Of a DNA stretch of 64,000 nt, positions 56,081 through 64,000 are shown in pieces. The position numbers and the translations under genes were made by a program. Under the pieces are notes generated by a model. That model made no database searches. It was not told the origin of the DNA and was given only the letters and a program-made list of their open reading frames with translations. The stretch comes from an uncultured Oscillospiraceae bacterium (GTDB lineage: Bacteria > Bacillota > Clostridia > Oscillospirales > SIG627), in contig CAZLEX010000002.1 of NCBI GenBank assembly GCA_964558655.1, forward strand, positions 65,600 to 129,599. Direction: 5' to 3'. Positions within the stretch are counted from its first letter, which is position 1, and each line of letters starts with the position of its first letter.

Positions 56081-57562
56081 ATGAAAAAAATCAAACGCCC
56101 GAAAAAACGGGCGTGTTTTTTTGTCTGGATTTGGCTTAAATGTGAGGAGTGCGAAAAAGGATTTGAAAAAGATTTTAACGAAAGGTTCGTGATTGACCAT
56201 AATATTTTTCGTGACACTGTTCTCTATCTGTCCGAATACTCCACGACAATTATAGCCGCTGTCACGAAAGAACAGCTTGAAGATATATTGAAAGACCGTC
56301 GGTGTGAGGGAGTGAGCGAGTACAAACGGCTTTGTCCGAAAAAAATGTCGGAGAAAATTCTTTCTCAGATGAATTTCGCAACGCCTGTGCAACATGAGAC
56401 AAATGTGTCAGGTGTGATAGGAATGATTTCTGCCGAGCGGGAAATATTTTATTCGCCGTCTCCACAACTTATGACAGCCGTGAGGGAGGGAAGAATAAGC
56501 GTACTCGATTATCCCGTGCCGTCTGTTCCCGCTCTTCACCCTTCCGTTGTCCTCTCGCAGATTATAGGGGAAGAGGTTTATGCCGAAGGCGGAGTTTACA
56601 GAGGCGTCTGTCCCGACGCAAGCGTTGTTTTTTCGACTTCGGAAACCGAAACCGATGTGCTTCTCGCAACCGAAAAAATGATAGAGAGGGGAATAAAAAT
56701 CATTAATTTCAGTGCGGGCATTTTCTCCGACGGCTATACGGATTTTGACCGTCAGATAGACAGGCTTGCCGAGAGAAACTCTCTTCTGTTTGTCACGGCG
56801 GCGGGCAACAGGCGTTATGTCACAAGTCCGGGACGGGCATACAATGTGCTCTGCGTCGGCAATCTTCAGACCAAAGATTCTCCCTCGTCATTTCTCTCTC
56901 CCACTTGGAGTACCCGCTGTCCGAACGAGGTCAACTGCTCGGCGTTCGTCTCATCTCCCACTCTTGCACATAAGCCCGATGTATGTGCACCGGGTACATA
57001 CATTCCGTATGTTCTGCCTAATTACGAGGTGTACGCTTTGAACATCGGCACAAGCTTTGCGTGTCCGTGGGTATCGGGACTTGCTCTTCTTATTTCCGAA
57101 GAGCGTCGGGATATCCCGTCCCTCGCACTCAAGGCACTAATAGCTCTCTCCTGCAACACTTCGGTCGTGTCCTGTGCCGACAATCCCGCAATAGATGGGG
57201 AACCTTTTATGCGGGAGAGAACGGGATTCGGTGCGATTGATTTTTTATCCTCTCTCGAAATGGCACGCGGTGCCTTGATTGAGACTTTTTCGGGCACCGC
57301 TTTGACACGCACGGCGTTTTTAAGTGAGGGAGATACCCTTTTTGCCGCAGTTTGCTACAACGCGAATATCTCCCGTCCCGATGAAAATATCATTCTTGAG
57401 CTGTCGGTACAGGACAGTCGCATATCCTGCTTTGCACAGGGACAAAATCTGCATATTGTCAAATATTTTTCACCCTCTTCTCAAAGAGCCGTTATAAGCG
57501 TTTCGGGTAATATTCTTTCGGAATATGCCTTTGTCCTTTACATAAAAAAGCGGGAGATGTGA
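56081..57562 (+). CDS. S8 (subtilisin-like) serine peptidase with no evident signal peptide
   Basis: The Asp (FVIDHN), His (QHETNVSGVIG), Asn (TAAGN) and Ser (GTSFACPWVSG) blocks occur in the subtilase order. ATG at 56081 lies 8 nt after GGAGG. Confidence 0.8.
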   Translation: MKKIKRPKKRACFFVWIWLKCEECEKGFEKDFNERFVIDHNIFRDTVLYLSEYSTTIIAAVTKEQLEDILKDRRCEGVSEYKRLCPKKMSEKILSQMNFATPVQHETNVSGVIGMISAEREIFYSPSPQLMTAVREGRISVLDYPVPSVPALHPSVVLSQIIGEEVYAEGGVYRGVCPDASVVFSTSETETDVLLATEKMIERGIKIINFSAGIFSDGYTDFDRQIDRLAERNSLLFVTAAGNRRYVTSPGRAYNVLCVGNLQTKDSPSSFLSPTWSTRCPNEVNCSAFVSSPTLAHKPDVCAPGTYIPYVLPNYEVYALNIGTSFACPWVSGLALLISEERRDIPSLALKALIALSCNTSVVSCADNPAIDGEPFMRERTGFGAIDFLSSLEMARGALIETFSGTALTRTAFLSEGDTLFAAVCYNANISRPDENIILELSVQDSRISCFAQGQNLHIVKYFSPSSQRAVISVSGNILSEYAFVLYIKKREM

Positions 57563-57576
57563 CTCTCCCGTTTTTA
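57544..57576. terminator. Bidirectional terminator between the S8 peptidase gene and the holin cassette
   Basis: CGGGAGA-tgtgac-TCTCCCG, flanked by A7 upstream and T5 downstream. It overlaps both stop codons. Confidence 0.75.
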
Positions 57577-57801
57577 TCGCTTTTCGGACCGTATTTCCAG
57601 CTTTTCTATGCGGTGTTCGCAAACTTTGTTTTTTATTTCGAGCTGTGTAACCCTCTCCGACAGGTCGGTGCACACGCTCATTTTCTTTTCCAACTGTTCC
57701 AGACGGTATTTGACGAGCTTTTGAGTGGAGAAAACACCGCCGAAAGAACCCAAAGCCGTCCCCGCAAAACTGAGCAGGGCAACGATTACGGCGTCGGTCA
57801 T
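57574..57801 (-). CDS. Holin-like peptide with BhlA/UviB-type topology (N-terminal TM plus coiled coil)
   Basis: 75 aa. TM segment AVIVALLSFAGTALGSFGGVF, then a heptad-rich LEQLEKK...QLEIKNK...IEKLEI. ATGA overlap with the upstream holin. Confidence 0.5.
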   Translation of the reverse strand: MTDAVIVALLSFAGTALGSFGGVFSTQKLVKYRLEQLEKKMSVCTDLSERVTQLEIKNKVCEHRIEKLEIRSEKR

Positions 57802-58007
57802 TTCTCTTCTCCGCTCTCTTTGCCTGCGGCGTCCACATAACCTTCCGACAAAATGTAGGCTATGAGAGTTCCCGACGAAACGATGAGGGAACAGACCGTT
57901 ACAATTTCGCTTTCGGGGAATTTGAGAAGAACCATAACGGGTGTTACAAACCCCGCAACGCCCGACCAGAATTTACGGCTGGACAGTTTTCTTTTCAGTT
58001 CGTTCAT
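57798..58007 (-). CDS. Phage holin (two TM)
   Basis: 69 aa. The SRKFWSGVAGFVTPV...LIAYILSEGYVDA pattern is common in clostridial prophage holins. Confidence 0.6.
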   Translation of the reverse strand: MNELKRKLSSRKFWSGVAGFVTPVMVLLKFPESEIVTVCSLIVSSGTLIAYILSEGYVDAAGKESGEEK

Positions 58008-58186
58008 ATTTCTTCCTCCTCAATAACTATGTTTTCGCTTTCACGCAGCTTTTCCGACAGTTCGAGATATTCGTTTTCGCTTATACGGTCGAGCATGAGA
58101 AAGAGGTCGAGCTTTGAAAACAATGATTCGTGTGAATATTTTTTCTTTGACAGTATTATCAAGAGATATTCGTAAGTTTTATTCAT
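58004..58186 (-). CDS. XkdX-like small phage protein
   Basis: 60 aa in the position between tail fibre and holin. It has a ...DRISENEYLEL... motif similar to XkdX. Confidence 0.4.
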   Translation of the reverse strand: MNKTYEYLLIILSKKKYSHESLFSKLDLFLMLDRISENEYLELSEKLRESENIVIEEEEI

Positions 58187-58197
58187 TTTTTCTCCTT

Positions 58198-60246
58198 TCA
58201 GCTTTTGAGTTCAAGCAGGGATATGCGGGCGTCGAGAGTGACAAGGGTATCTATAATGCTTTCAAACACGCTTGAGGCGTCTCTCGTGTATTCAATGGAA
58301 AGTACGCCTTCCGACGCTTCGAGTGTGTTAAATTCCCGCAGAAGTTCGGCTTTTTCTCCGAGAGTTATCGGTACCTGTTCGGGTTCTTTTGACACATAGA
58401 GAAATTCAACGGGAAATTCTCCGTGACTTTTGGAGAGGAACGCCTGCACGCTTGAGGCGTCGGGAAAATCTTCGCTTTTCAGTTTCAGGTATATCTTGTC
58501 GCCTCTCACATGACAGCATTCTTCGCTTAGGTCGTCGGCATAGGGGAAATGAGTGCAAAATCCCATGTCGTAGTACATTCCCGGATAAAATTCTTTTGCA
58601 TCTTCAAGAGAGGGGGAGGTTAAGGAAAACACGGTGTATCCGTCCTCACACTCTTCTTCGAGCGCGACACTTTCGGTGCCGTCGGCGGTGTAGCGGGAAG
58701 TTCGGTATACTGTATGTCCTGCCTCCGTTCTTCCGGTTATAACGCTGTCGGCAAATTTTCCGCACTCTCCCGAAATCGAGCAGAGTGGGCGGGAGAGGGG
58801 AAGTGTATATATTTTTTCAAAGTGCTTTTCATATGTGCCGTCGGAGCCGAATTGCCTTATCATCGGAAAAACTTTGTCACAGCAAAGGCGTGTGTTAGCA
58901 TAGATATACAGACGCACTTTGACGACAGACGGGCTTTCCAGCGTAAATTCGGCGTCTCCCGAAACGGAACGGGCAATGTATGCCGATTTTTCGCTACTGT
59001 AAACGAACACTCCGCACCGTCCCGTGCCTCCGGACACGACATAGTGCCCCGCGTCGAGAGTGAAATCGGCGGGGGTAATTTCGGCGTAGGACTTCATGTC
59101 ACCCGTCTCTCCCGTAACGCTTACACAGCCGTCGCTTTCAACGCTGTATTTTACTCCTCCGCTTTCGTATTCGCTTTCTATGGTATACGGAAACGAAATG
59201 TAGTTTTTTCCGCAGTGACTTATGAAGATTTTCCCTGAGTCTCCCGCACTTTCTATCTTTACGGGGTTTGTGCGGGAGGGAGCGTGCTCCTGAAAAGAAG
59301 TCCCGGTAAGCTCGGCTTTTTCGGGGACTTTTGCGTCGGCGTCGTAAACCGTTATACGCTCTCCCGTGTATTTGCCGATTACGGCACTTGAGACAAGGAA
59401 GAGTTTTTCGCACACTTTGCCCAAAGCCTTTTCAACGCCTGATACACGCTCTTCACGCAGTTTTTCTCCCGCAACTCTGCCGCGTTCGGCACTTATGCGT
59501 TCGGCTTCCGCAAGCGAGCGTTCGTTTTCGGCACAAATTCTTTTTTGTTCTCCCTCTTCACGCAGTTTTTCGCTCTCCTGCCTGTCGTTTTCTCCCGCCT
59601 TCCTTTCGTATTCGGAAAGGGAGAGAGAACTGTCGCGGGAAAGAAGCGTGTCAATGCAGTCTTTTACACGCTCCAGCGACAAATTCATCGAATTTTCAGC
59701 CCCGCCGGTATGGGAGGCGATTCTTCGACATTCTTCGGCATAGCCCGAGCAGGCGAGGGTGCTGTCTTTACAGCTTTCTTCGGCACTCAGAGCGTTCTTT
59801 GCGGAAATTTCGGCGTTCTTTTCGGACGCTGCCGCTTCTTTTGCCGAATTTTCGGCTTCGTCTGCCTTTTCGCATACCTGTGAGACATACTGTGCGTAGG
59901 CGTTTTCACTCACGGTGGGCACCTCTCCCGAAGACAGCGTTCCCTCAACGAAAAATTCAGCCCGGTTTGTCGTTGATATGCTGTAAGTCCCGCATACTCC
60001 GAGAACGCTCACATAGACATTCCCACGCACCAGCACTTCGGCGGGAATGTAGTAAACGCCGCCGTCACGCACCCCCGCGACATCGTAGACGGTGGGACTT
60101 GAGGCGTGCCTGAACCTGACTGTGAGGGAATATCCGTCCCACTTTTTGTCACATTCGAGCGTAAAAGAGGCAAAGGCGACAGCACCTTCGGCGACGGTGG
60201 ATTGTCCCGATATTTCCAAACTTTGCCCTCTTACAAGAAATTTCAT
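58198..60246 (-). CDS. Phage tail-fibre / receptor-binding-like protein
   Basis: 682 aa from ATG 60246 (MKFLVRGQSL...). It has an N-terminal Ig-like BppU-type region, a long Ala/Glu/Ser coiled coil and a C-terminal globular part. The upstream 41 codons of the track ORF have no RBS logic. Confidence 0.6.
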   Translation of the reverse strand: MKFLVRGQSLEISGQSTVAEGAVAFASFTLECDKKWDGYSLTVRFRHASSPTVYDVAGVRDGGVYYIPAEVLVRGNVYVSVLGVCGTYSISTTNRAEFFVEGTLSSGEVPTVSENAYAQYVSQVCEKADEAENSAKEAAASEKNAEISAKNALSAEESCKDSTLACSGYAEECRRIASHTGGAENSMNLSLERVKDCIDTLLSRDSSLSLSEYERKAGENDRQESEKLREEGEQKRICAENERSLAEAERISAERGRVAGEKLREERVSGVEKALGKVCEKLFLVSSAVIGKYTGERITVYDADAKVPEKAELTGTSFQEHAPSRTNPVKIESAGDSGKIFISHCGKNYISFPYTIESEYESGGVKYSVESDGCVSVTGETGDMKSYAEITPADFTLDAGHYVVSGGTGRCGVFVYSSEKSAYIARSVSGDAEFTLESPSVVKVRLYIYANTRLCCDKVFPMIRQFGSDGTYEKHFEKIYTLPLSRPLCSISGECGKFADSVITGRTEAGHTVYRTSRYTADGTESVALEEECEDGYTVFSLTSPSLEDAKEFYPGMYYDMGFCTHFPYADDLSEECCHVRGDKIYLKLKSEDFPDASSVQAFLSKSHGEFPVEFLYVSKEPEQVPITLGEKAELLREFNTLEASEGVLSIEYTRDASSVFESIIDTLVTLDARISLLELKS

Positions 60247-60534
60247 ATTATCCCTTCTTTCTTTTTTGAAGGACCTCCACATACCTTTCCTTCTGCAAGT
60301 GATTATATCAAAGTGGGTGCATGACATACAATGACACGGATATGACGGGAAATGTTGATTTTTTAACAAATTTATGGTAGAATAACCTCAAACCGACGAC
60401 GGTGGAACGCCGTCGAAATGCCAACGCATTTAAAAATTTTCAAATTTTGTTTGAGAACATTGTATCATTAAACCGGTCGCACTGCGGTGAGACGACGGCT
60501 ACGCCGACTTCAAAGGCTATCGCCTTTGGGTTTA

Positions 60535-60543
60535 TGGTATAAT
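60535..60543 (+). promoter_or_regulatory. Extended -10 element upstream of the FkbM-like gene
   Basis: TGgTATAAT, 49 nt upstream of the start codon. Confidence 0.4.
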
Positions 60544-60591
60544 AGACAACAGGTAAATATTGCCTGAAATTTACGCATAAGGAGGGGGAAA

Positions 60592-61701
60592 ATGCCGGAA
60601 CTGAGAGACGCCGTAAAAGAAAAAGAGTCCCTGTGGGACTTTTTGGTTCAAAGCGGACGCAATATCGTGCTTTACGGAATGGGGGACGGAGCGGTCAAAA
60701 TTCTTTCGGTACTTGAAAAGTACGGGCTTCATGCGGCGGGAATTTTCGCTTCAGACGAATTTGTAAGATACAATGAATTCTGTTCCCACACCGTGAAAAA
60801 ACTCTCGGACATCGAAGAGGAATACGACGATTTCGTCATTCTCACGGCATTTGCGACAAAAATCCCCGAAGTGCGTGAAAAAATTTTTGCCATTGCCGAC
60901 CGTCACACTCTCTTTGTCCCCGATATAAATGTTTCGTCGGATCCGCTCGAAGTGTTCGACTGTAAATTTTTTAATGAAAATTACGAAAGGCTCAATCGGG
61001 TGTACAATGCTCTTGATACGCAAGAGTCGAGAGAAATGTTTGCTACCTTGATAAACTACAAGCTTTCGGGGAAACTTGAGTATCTCGCTCTTTTGGAAGA
61101 GTATCGTAGAAAAGCTTTGCCTCTGTTCGACATTTCCCAAGTGGAAAGTTTTGCCGACATCGGAGCGTATACGGGGGATACTCTCATCGAAGCGGTGCAA
61201 ACTTATCCGAATTTGAAACGGGCAGCCTGTTTTGAGCCCGACCCCAAAACATTCAAAAAGCTTGAAAAAACAGCTTCGACACTTCAGGCTGATGTTTCGC
61301 TTTTCAACGCCGCCGCGTCTGATGAGAATATAAAGGTTAATCTCTTTGCACAGGGAGGCAGAAACAGTGCCGTCAGTAAAAATTCCCTCGCACCGTCGGG
61401 TATGCAAAAAAAGCGTGAAATGTGCGTTGACGCACTGCGGCCGGACAGCGTCTGTCCCTTTGTACCCGACCTTATAAAAATAGACGCTGAGGGAAGCGAC
61501 TGTGACGCACTTGAAGGGTGTCGGGGATTTTTCTCACACGCTTCTCCGATTATTTTCGTATCCGTTTATCATAACAACCGCGACCTTTTTGAAATATACG
61601 AGAAAATTTGTGACATAAAAAAAGACTGCAAGTTCGCTCTGAGACAGAAATGCGAATACATTCCCGCCTGGGATATCGAACTTGCAGCGTATAACGGTTA
61701 G
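60592..61701 (+). CDS. FkbM-family methyltransferase
   Basis: The C-terminal half has the SAM-binding FADIGAYTGDT and IKIDAEGSD motifs of FkbM-type methyltransferases. Confidence 0.75.
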   Translation: MPELRDAVKEKESLWDFLVQSGRNIVLYGMGDGAVKILSVLEKYGLHAAGIFASDEFVRYNEFCSHTVKKLSDIEEEYDDFVILTAFATKIPEVREKIFAIADRHTLFVPDINVSSDPLEVFDCKFFNENYERLNRVYNALDTQESREMFATLINYKLSGKLEYLALLEEYRRKALPLFDISQVESFADIGAYTGDTLIEAVQTYPNLKRAACFEPDPKTFKKLEKTASTLQADVSLFNAAASDENIKVNLFAQGGRNSAVSKNSLAPSGMQKKREMCVDALRPDSVCPFVPDLIKIDAEGSDCDALEGCRGFFSHASPIIFVSVYHNNRDLFEIYEKICDIKKDCKFALRQKCEYIPAWDIELAAYNG

Positions 61702-62915
61702 TTCAGAACGCGTAAAACGGTCTTTGCCTCAATGCCTTGCTTCTTGAGTGCGTCGAGATGCGTGCGACAGCATACACCCGTCATTTCTTCGGTCATGACA
61801 TACAGATCTCCCTCGTCGTCAATAACACGGACTTCTCCGAACTCACTGCTCACCTTTGACAGAACATCGGGGGAAGACGGGAAGGACAGGAAGAAAATAT
61901 CCGAAACACAGTCGGGAGACACAACGCTATCTTCCGAAGAGGGATAACTCCAAAACGCTCTGTAAGCTTTGTCGGAGAGTGCGTCCATAACATCGGAAAC
62001 GATTGCCGAAGCGGTGGGCATTTTCCCCGCACCTCTTCCGCACAGGGTGACATCACCCGCAGCGTCACATCTGAAAGAGACGGCATTGAATACGCCGTCG
62101 ACGCTTGAGATTATGCGGCCGGGTCCTACGACAAAGGGAGCCGTTTCAACGCAGTATCCGTTTTCGGTTTTTACGCACCGTCCCAAAAGTTTTACGGCAC
62201 CGCCCCATTTTTCAGCCGCACGCACATCTTCCGGCTTGACGGAGGTGATACCCTGTACCGAAACCTTTTCGGGATCGTTGAACTTGCCCGTCACAATGTC
62301 GGTAAGTATACATATTTTACGGCAGGTGTCAATTCCGTTTATATCGTCGGAAGGATCACGCTCGGCATAGCCTTTTTCCTGTGCCGACGCAAGAGAGGTT
62401 TCGAAACTTTCGGAATATTTGTTCATCATGGTGAGAATATAATTCGTGGTGCCGTTGAGTATACCGCATATTTCTTCGACACGGTTCGCCGCAAGGCACT
62501 TGGAAAGAGGACGGATTACGGGAGTGCCGCCGCCCACGCTCGCTTCAAACAGATAGAACACGCCGTTTTCTTCGGCGGTCTTGAGAAGCTCGTGACCGAA
62601 TTTCGCAACGGTCTCTTTATTGGAAGTTACGACGCTTTTTCCCGCTTTAAGTGCCGCTTCGCTGAATTCTTTCGCAGGGTGAGCCCCTCCGAGACACTCA
62701 ACGACAAGTGACACATCGGGATCGTTTAAAATGACATTGAAGTCGGGAGTGATTCTGCTGCGGTAGGGGGATGTCGGAAAATCCCGCAGGTCGAGAATGT
62801 ATTTTACGAAAATTTCGTCCTGTATGCTTTTTGAAATTTTGTCTTTGTTTTTTTCGATAAGCTCGACCGTGCCGGAACCCACGACACCGAAGCCGAGAAC
62901 AGCAATATTTTTCAT
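61698..62915 (-). CDS. hom: Homoserine dehydrogenase
   Basis: N-terminal Rossmann motif VLGFGVVGSG, a catalytic-domain region ILNGTTNYILT and a C-terminal ACT-like domain. Confidence 0.9.
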   Translation of the reverse strand: MKNIAVLGFGVVGSGTVELIEKNKDKISKSIQDEIFVKYILDLRDFPTSPYRSRITPDFNVILNDPDVSLVVECLGGAHPAKEFSEAALKAGKSVVTSNKETVAKFGHELLKTAEENGVFYLFEASVGGGTPVIRPLSKCLAANRVEEICGILNGTTNYILTMMNKYSESFETSLASAQEKGYAERDPSDDINGIDTCRKICILTDIVTGKFNDPEKVSVQGITSVKPEDVRAAEKWGGAVKLLGRCVKTENGYCVETAPFVVGPGRIISSVDGVFNAVSFRCDAAGDVTLCGRGAGKMPTASAIVSDVMDALSDKAYRAFWSYPSSEDSVVSPDCVSDIFFLSFPSSPDVLSKVSSEFGEVRVIDDEGDLYVMTEEMTGVCCRTHLDALKKQGIEAKTVLRVLN

Positions 62916-63001
62916 TTTTCACCTCATATAAATAATACAAGTCATTCTATCATATAATGTAAAGTTTTTCAACAGTTTTTTTCAAAGGAGGCGTGTTTTT
63001 T

Positions 63002-64000
63002 ATGTATTTGCCGGAAAAAGGATACAAAAGAGTGTTTGTCATTGTGCTTTACGCACTGCTCGGAGCGTTCTGTATAAAGTACGGATTTAAGTACCTGAGT
63101 ATTGTTTTGATACCGTTCGGAATTTCCTGGCTCGTTGCCTATTTTCTTCAGAAGCCTGTCATGTTTCTGAAAAAGAAGTGCCATATTCCCGTGAAGCTTT
63201 CGGCGATAGTTTTGGTCGTGCTCACTTTGACGGCGGTCTGTACGGCGGTGTTTTTTCTCTCCGATAAACTGATTTCGGAACTTTCGGGACTGTACAGATA
63301 TTCCGAACTTAACGGCGAGAAGATAGTACAGGCGGCAGCCGACACTTTGGAAAAACTTAAAAACACAGTCCATAAACTTCCTCTGCCCGACTTTATGGAG
63401 GATACCGATATAGGCGAAAGAATCGGGACGGCATTGCTTAACGGAGTCGAAAACATAGTCTCGGGAGCAGTGGGGAAAATCCCCGCGTTTTTGACGACGG
63501 TGATAAACTTTGTTCCGAAACTCTTCATCTTTATTATAATTCTGATTTTTTCCTCCTGCTATCTTACTATCGATTTTCAAAAGGTCAACACTTTTATCCG
63601 TGCTCAATTCAACGGAGGGGTTGAAAAATTTCTCGTTGAGTTTAAGACTCTTCTCTTCGATGTTGCGGGCAAGTTCGTAAAAGCCTACATTATTTTGTTC
63701 TTTGTCACCTTTGCCGTTCTTTTGCTCGCTTTTGTCATCATGGGCTTAAAATTTGCTTTCATCATCGCACTCACCATAGCCATAATCGACCTTCTGCCCG
63801 TGCTTGGCAGCGGGACTGTGCTCATACCCTGGAGTATAGTGTCTCTCGTTCTGGGCAATTATTCGACCGCAGTCGAACTCATCGTTCTTTACCTTGCCTT
63901 AACCTTTATCCGCCAAATGCTCCTGCCGCGCATTATAGGCGATTTTGTCGGACTGCACCCGCTTGTGTCTCTATTGTCGATGTTCGTCGGGTTTGCCGTC
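63002..64000 (+). CDS. ytvI: Sporulation integral membrane protein YtvI (AI-2E/PerM family), 3' end outside the window
   Basis: My own translation from ATG 63002 gives 333 codons open to the window end. The ORF is absent from the track because no stop is reached. It is polytopic, with IDLLPVLGSGTVLIPW characteristic of YtvI. GGAGG lies 10 nt upstream. Confidence 0.8.
   Translation, partial: MYLPEKGYKRVFVIVLYALLGAFCIKYGFKYLSIVLIPFGISWLVAYFLQKPVMFLKKKCHIPVKLSAIVLVVLTLTAVCTAVFFLSDKLISELSGLYRYSELNGEKIVQAAADTLEKLKNTVHKLPLPDFMEDTDIGERIGTALLNGVENIVSGAVGKIPAFLTTVINFVPKLFIFIIILIFSSCYLTIDFQKVNTFIRAQFNGGVEKFLVEFKTLLFDVAGKFVKAYIILFFVTFAVLLLAFVIMGLKFAFIIALTIAIIDLLPVLGSGTVLIPWSIVSLVLGNYSTAVELIVLYLALTFIRQMLLPRIIGDFVGLHPLVSLLSMFVGFAV

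Larger units (their letters stand above)
57574..60246 (-). mobile_element. Orphan prophage module (tail fibre, XkdX, two holins) without endolysin, integrase or structural genes
   Basis: Four translationally coupled phage-type genes are bounded by host-type genes on both sides. Confidence 0.5.

Noticed and set aside
59331-60113. 260-aa plus-strand ORF and several overlapping 100-170-aa ORFs (58389-59883)
   Set aside because: They are all antisense to the tail-fibre gene and extremely Arg/Ser/Pro/Phe-rich. These are shadow frames.
61698-61701. Convergent FkbM-like and hom genes whose stop codons overlap (TTAG: TAG on the plus strand, TAA on the minus strand) with no terminator between them
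   Set aside because: The overlap is real in the sequence, but it is a common compaction feature and gives no evidence of regulatory significance.
62969-63607. 212-aa and 126-aa minus-strand ORFs after hom
   Set aside because: The plus strand is open from ATG 63002 to the window end and encodes an obvious YtvI/AI-2E membrane protein. The track omitted it only because no stop codon is reached. The minus-strand ORFs are its shadows.

Overview
This is a chromosomal segment of a spore-forming Firmicute, class Clostridia by gene content: spoIIAA-spoIIAB-sigF, spoIIGA-sigE, ymxH and ytvI are all present. About 60 protein genes are packed tightly. I found no rRNA, tRNA, CRISPR array, transposase or integrase. 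Housekeeping genes include the valS 3' end, ackA, groES-groEL with a perfect CIRCE operator, ligA, cysK-trxA, gpmI, hom and an EF-G paralog. Four accessory blocks sit between them. (1) At 26.6-39.2 kb, a co-directional 15-gene type VIIb-like secretion island contains an EssC-like FtsK/SpoIIIE ATPase, a YukD/EsaB-like ubiquitin-fold protein, two WXG100 proteins, DUF4176 and a candidate toxin/immunity pair. It opens with a PP2C phosphatase and a transmembrane Hanks kinase, and it carries a stand-alone FHA/zinc-ribbon protein. Within this window it lacks EssA, EssB, EsaA and the N-terminal half of EssC. This is my top candidate for an undescribed system variant. (2) At 51.0-57.6 kb, a Dlt-like surface-acylation operon encodes an MBOAT, a DltD-like/CE4 fusion and a DltC-like carrier protein. 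The DltA ligase is replaced by an FkbH-type HAD-IIIC loader, and YbaK-like and intracellular S8 peptidase genes follow. (3) At 43.9-49.0 kb, an ABC-DUF1854-ABC module has half-transporters that both carry about 190-aa N-terminal cytosolic extensions. (4) At 57.6-60.2 kb, an orphan phage tail-fibre/XkdX/two-holin cassette has no endolysin or other phage genes. Other notable items are a tandem SGNH-hydrolase duplication with a near-identical 3' end, and a 13-bp perfect inverted repeat in the GH42 leader. All functional calls come from reading motifs in the supplied translations. No database search, HMM scan or composition calculation was run.
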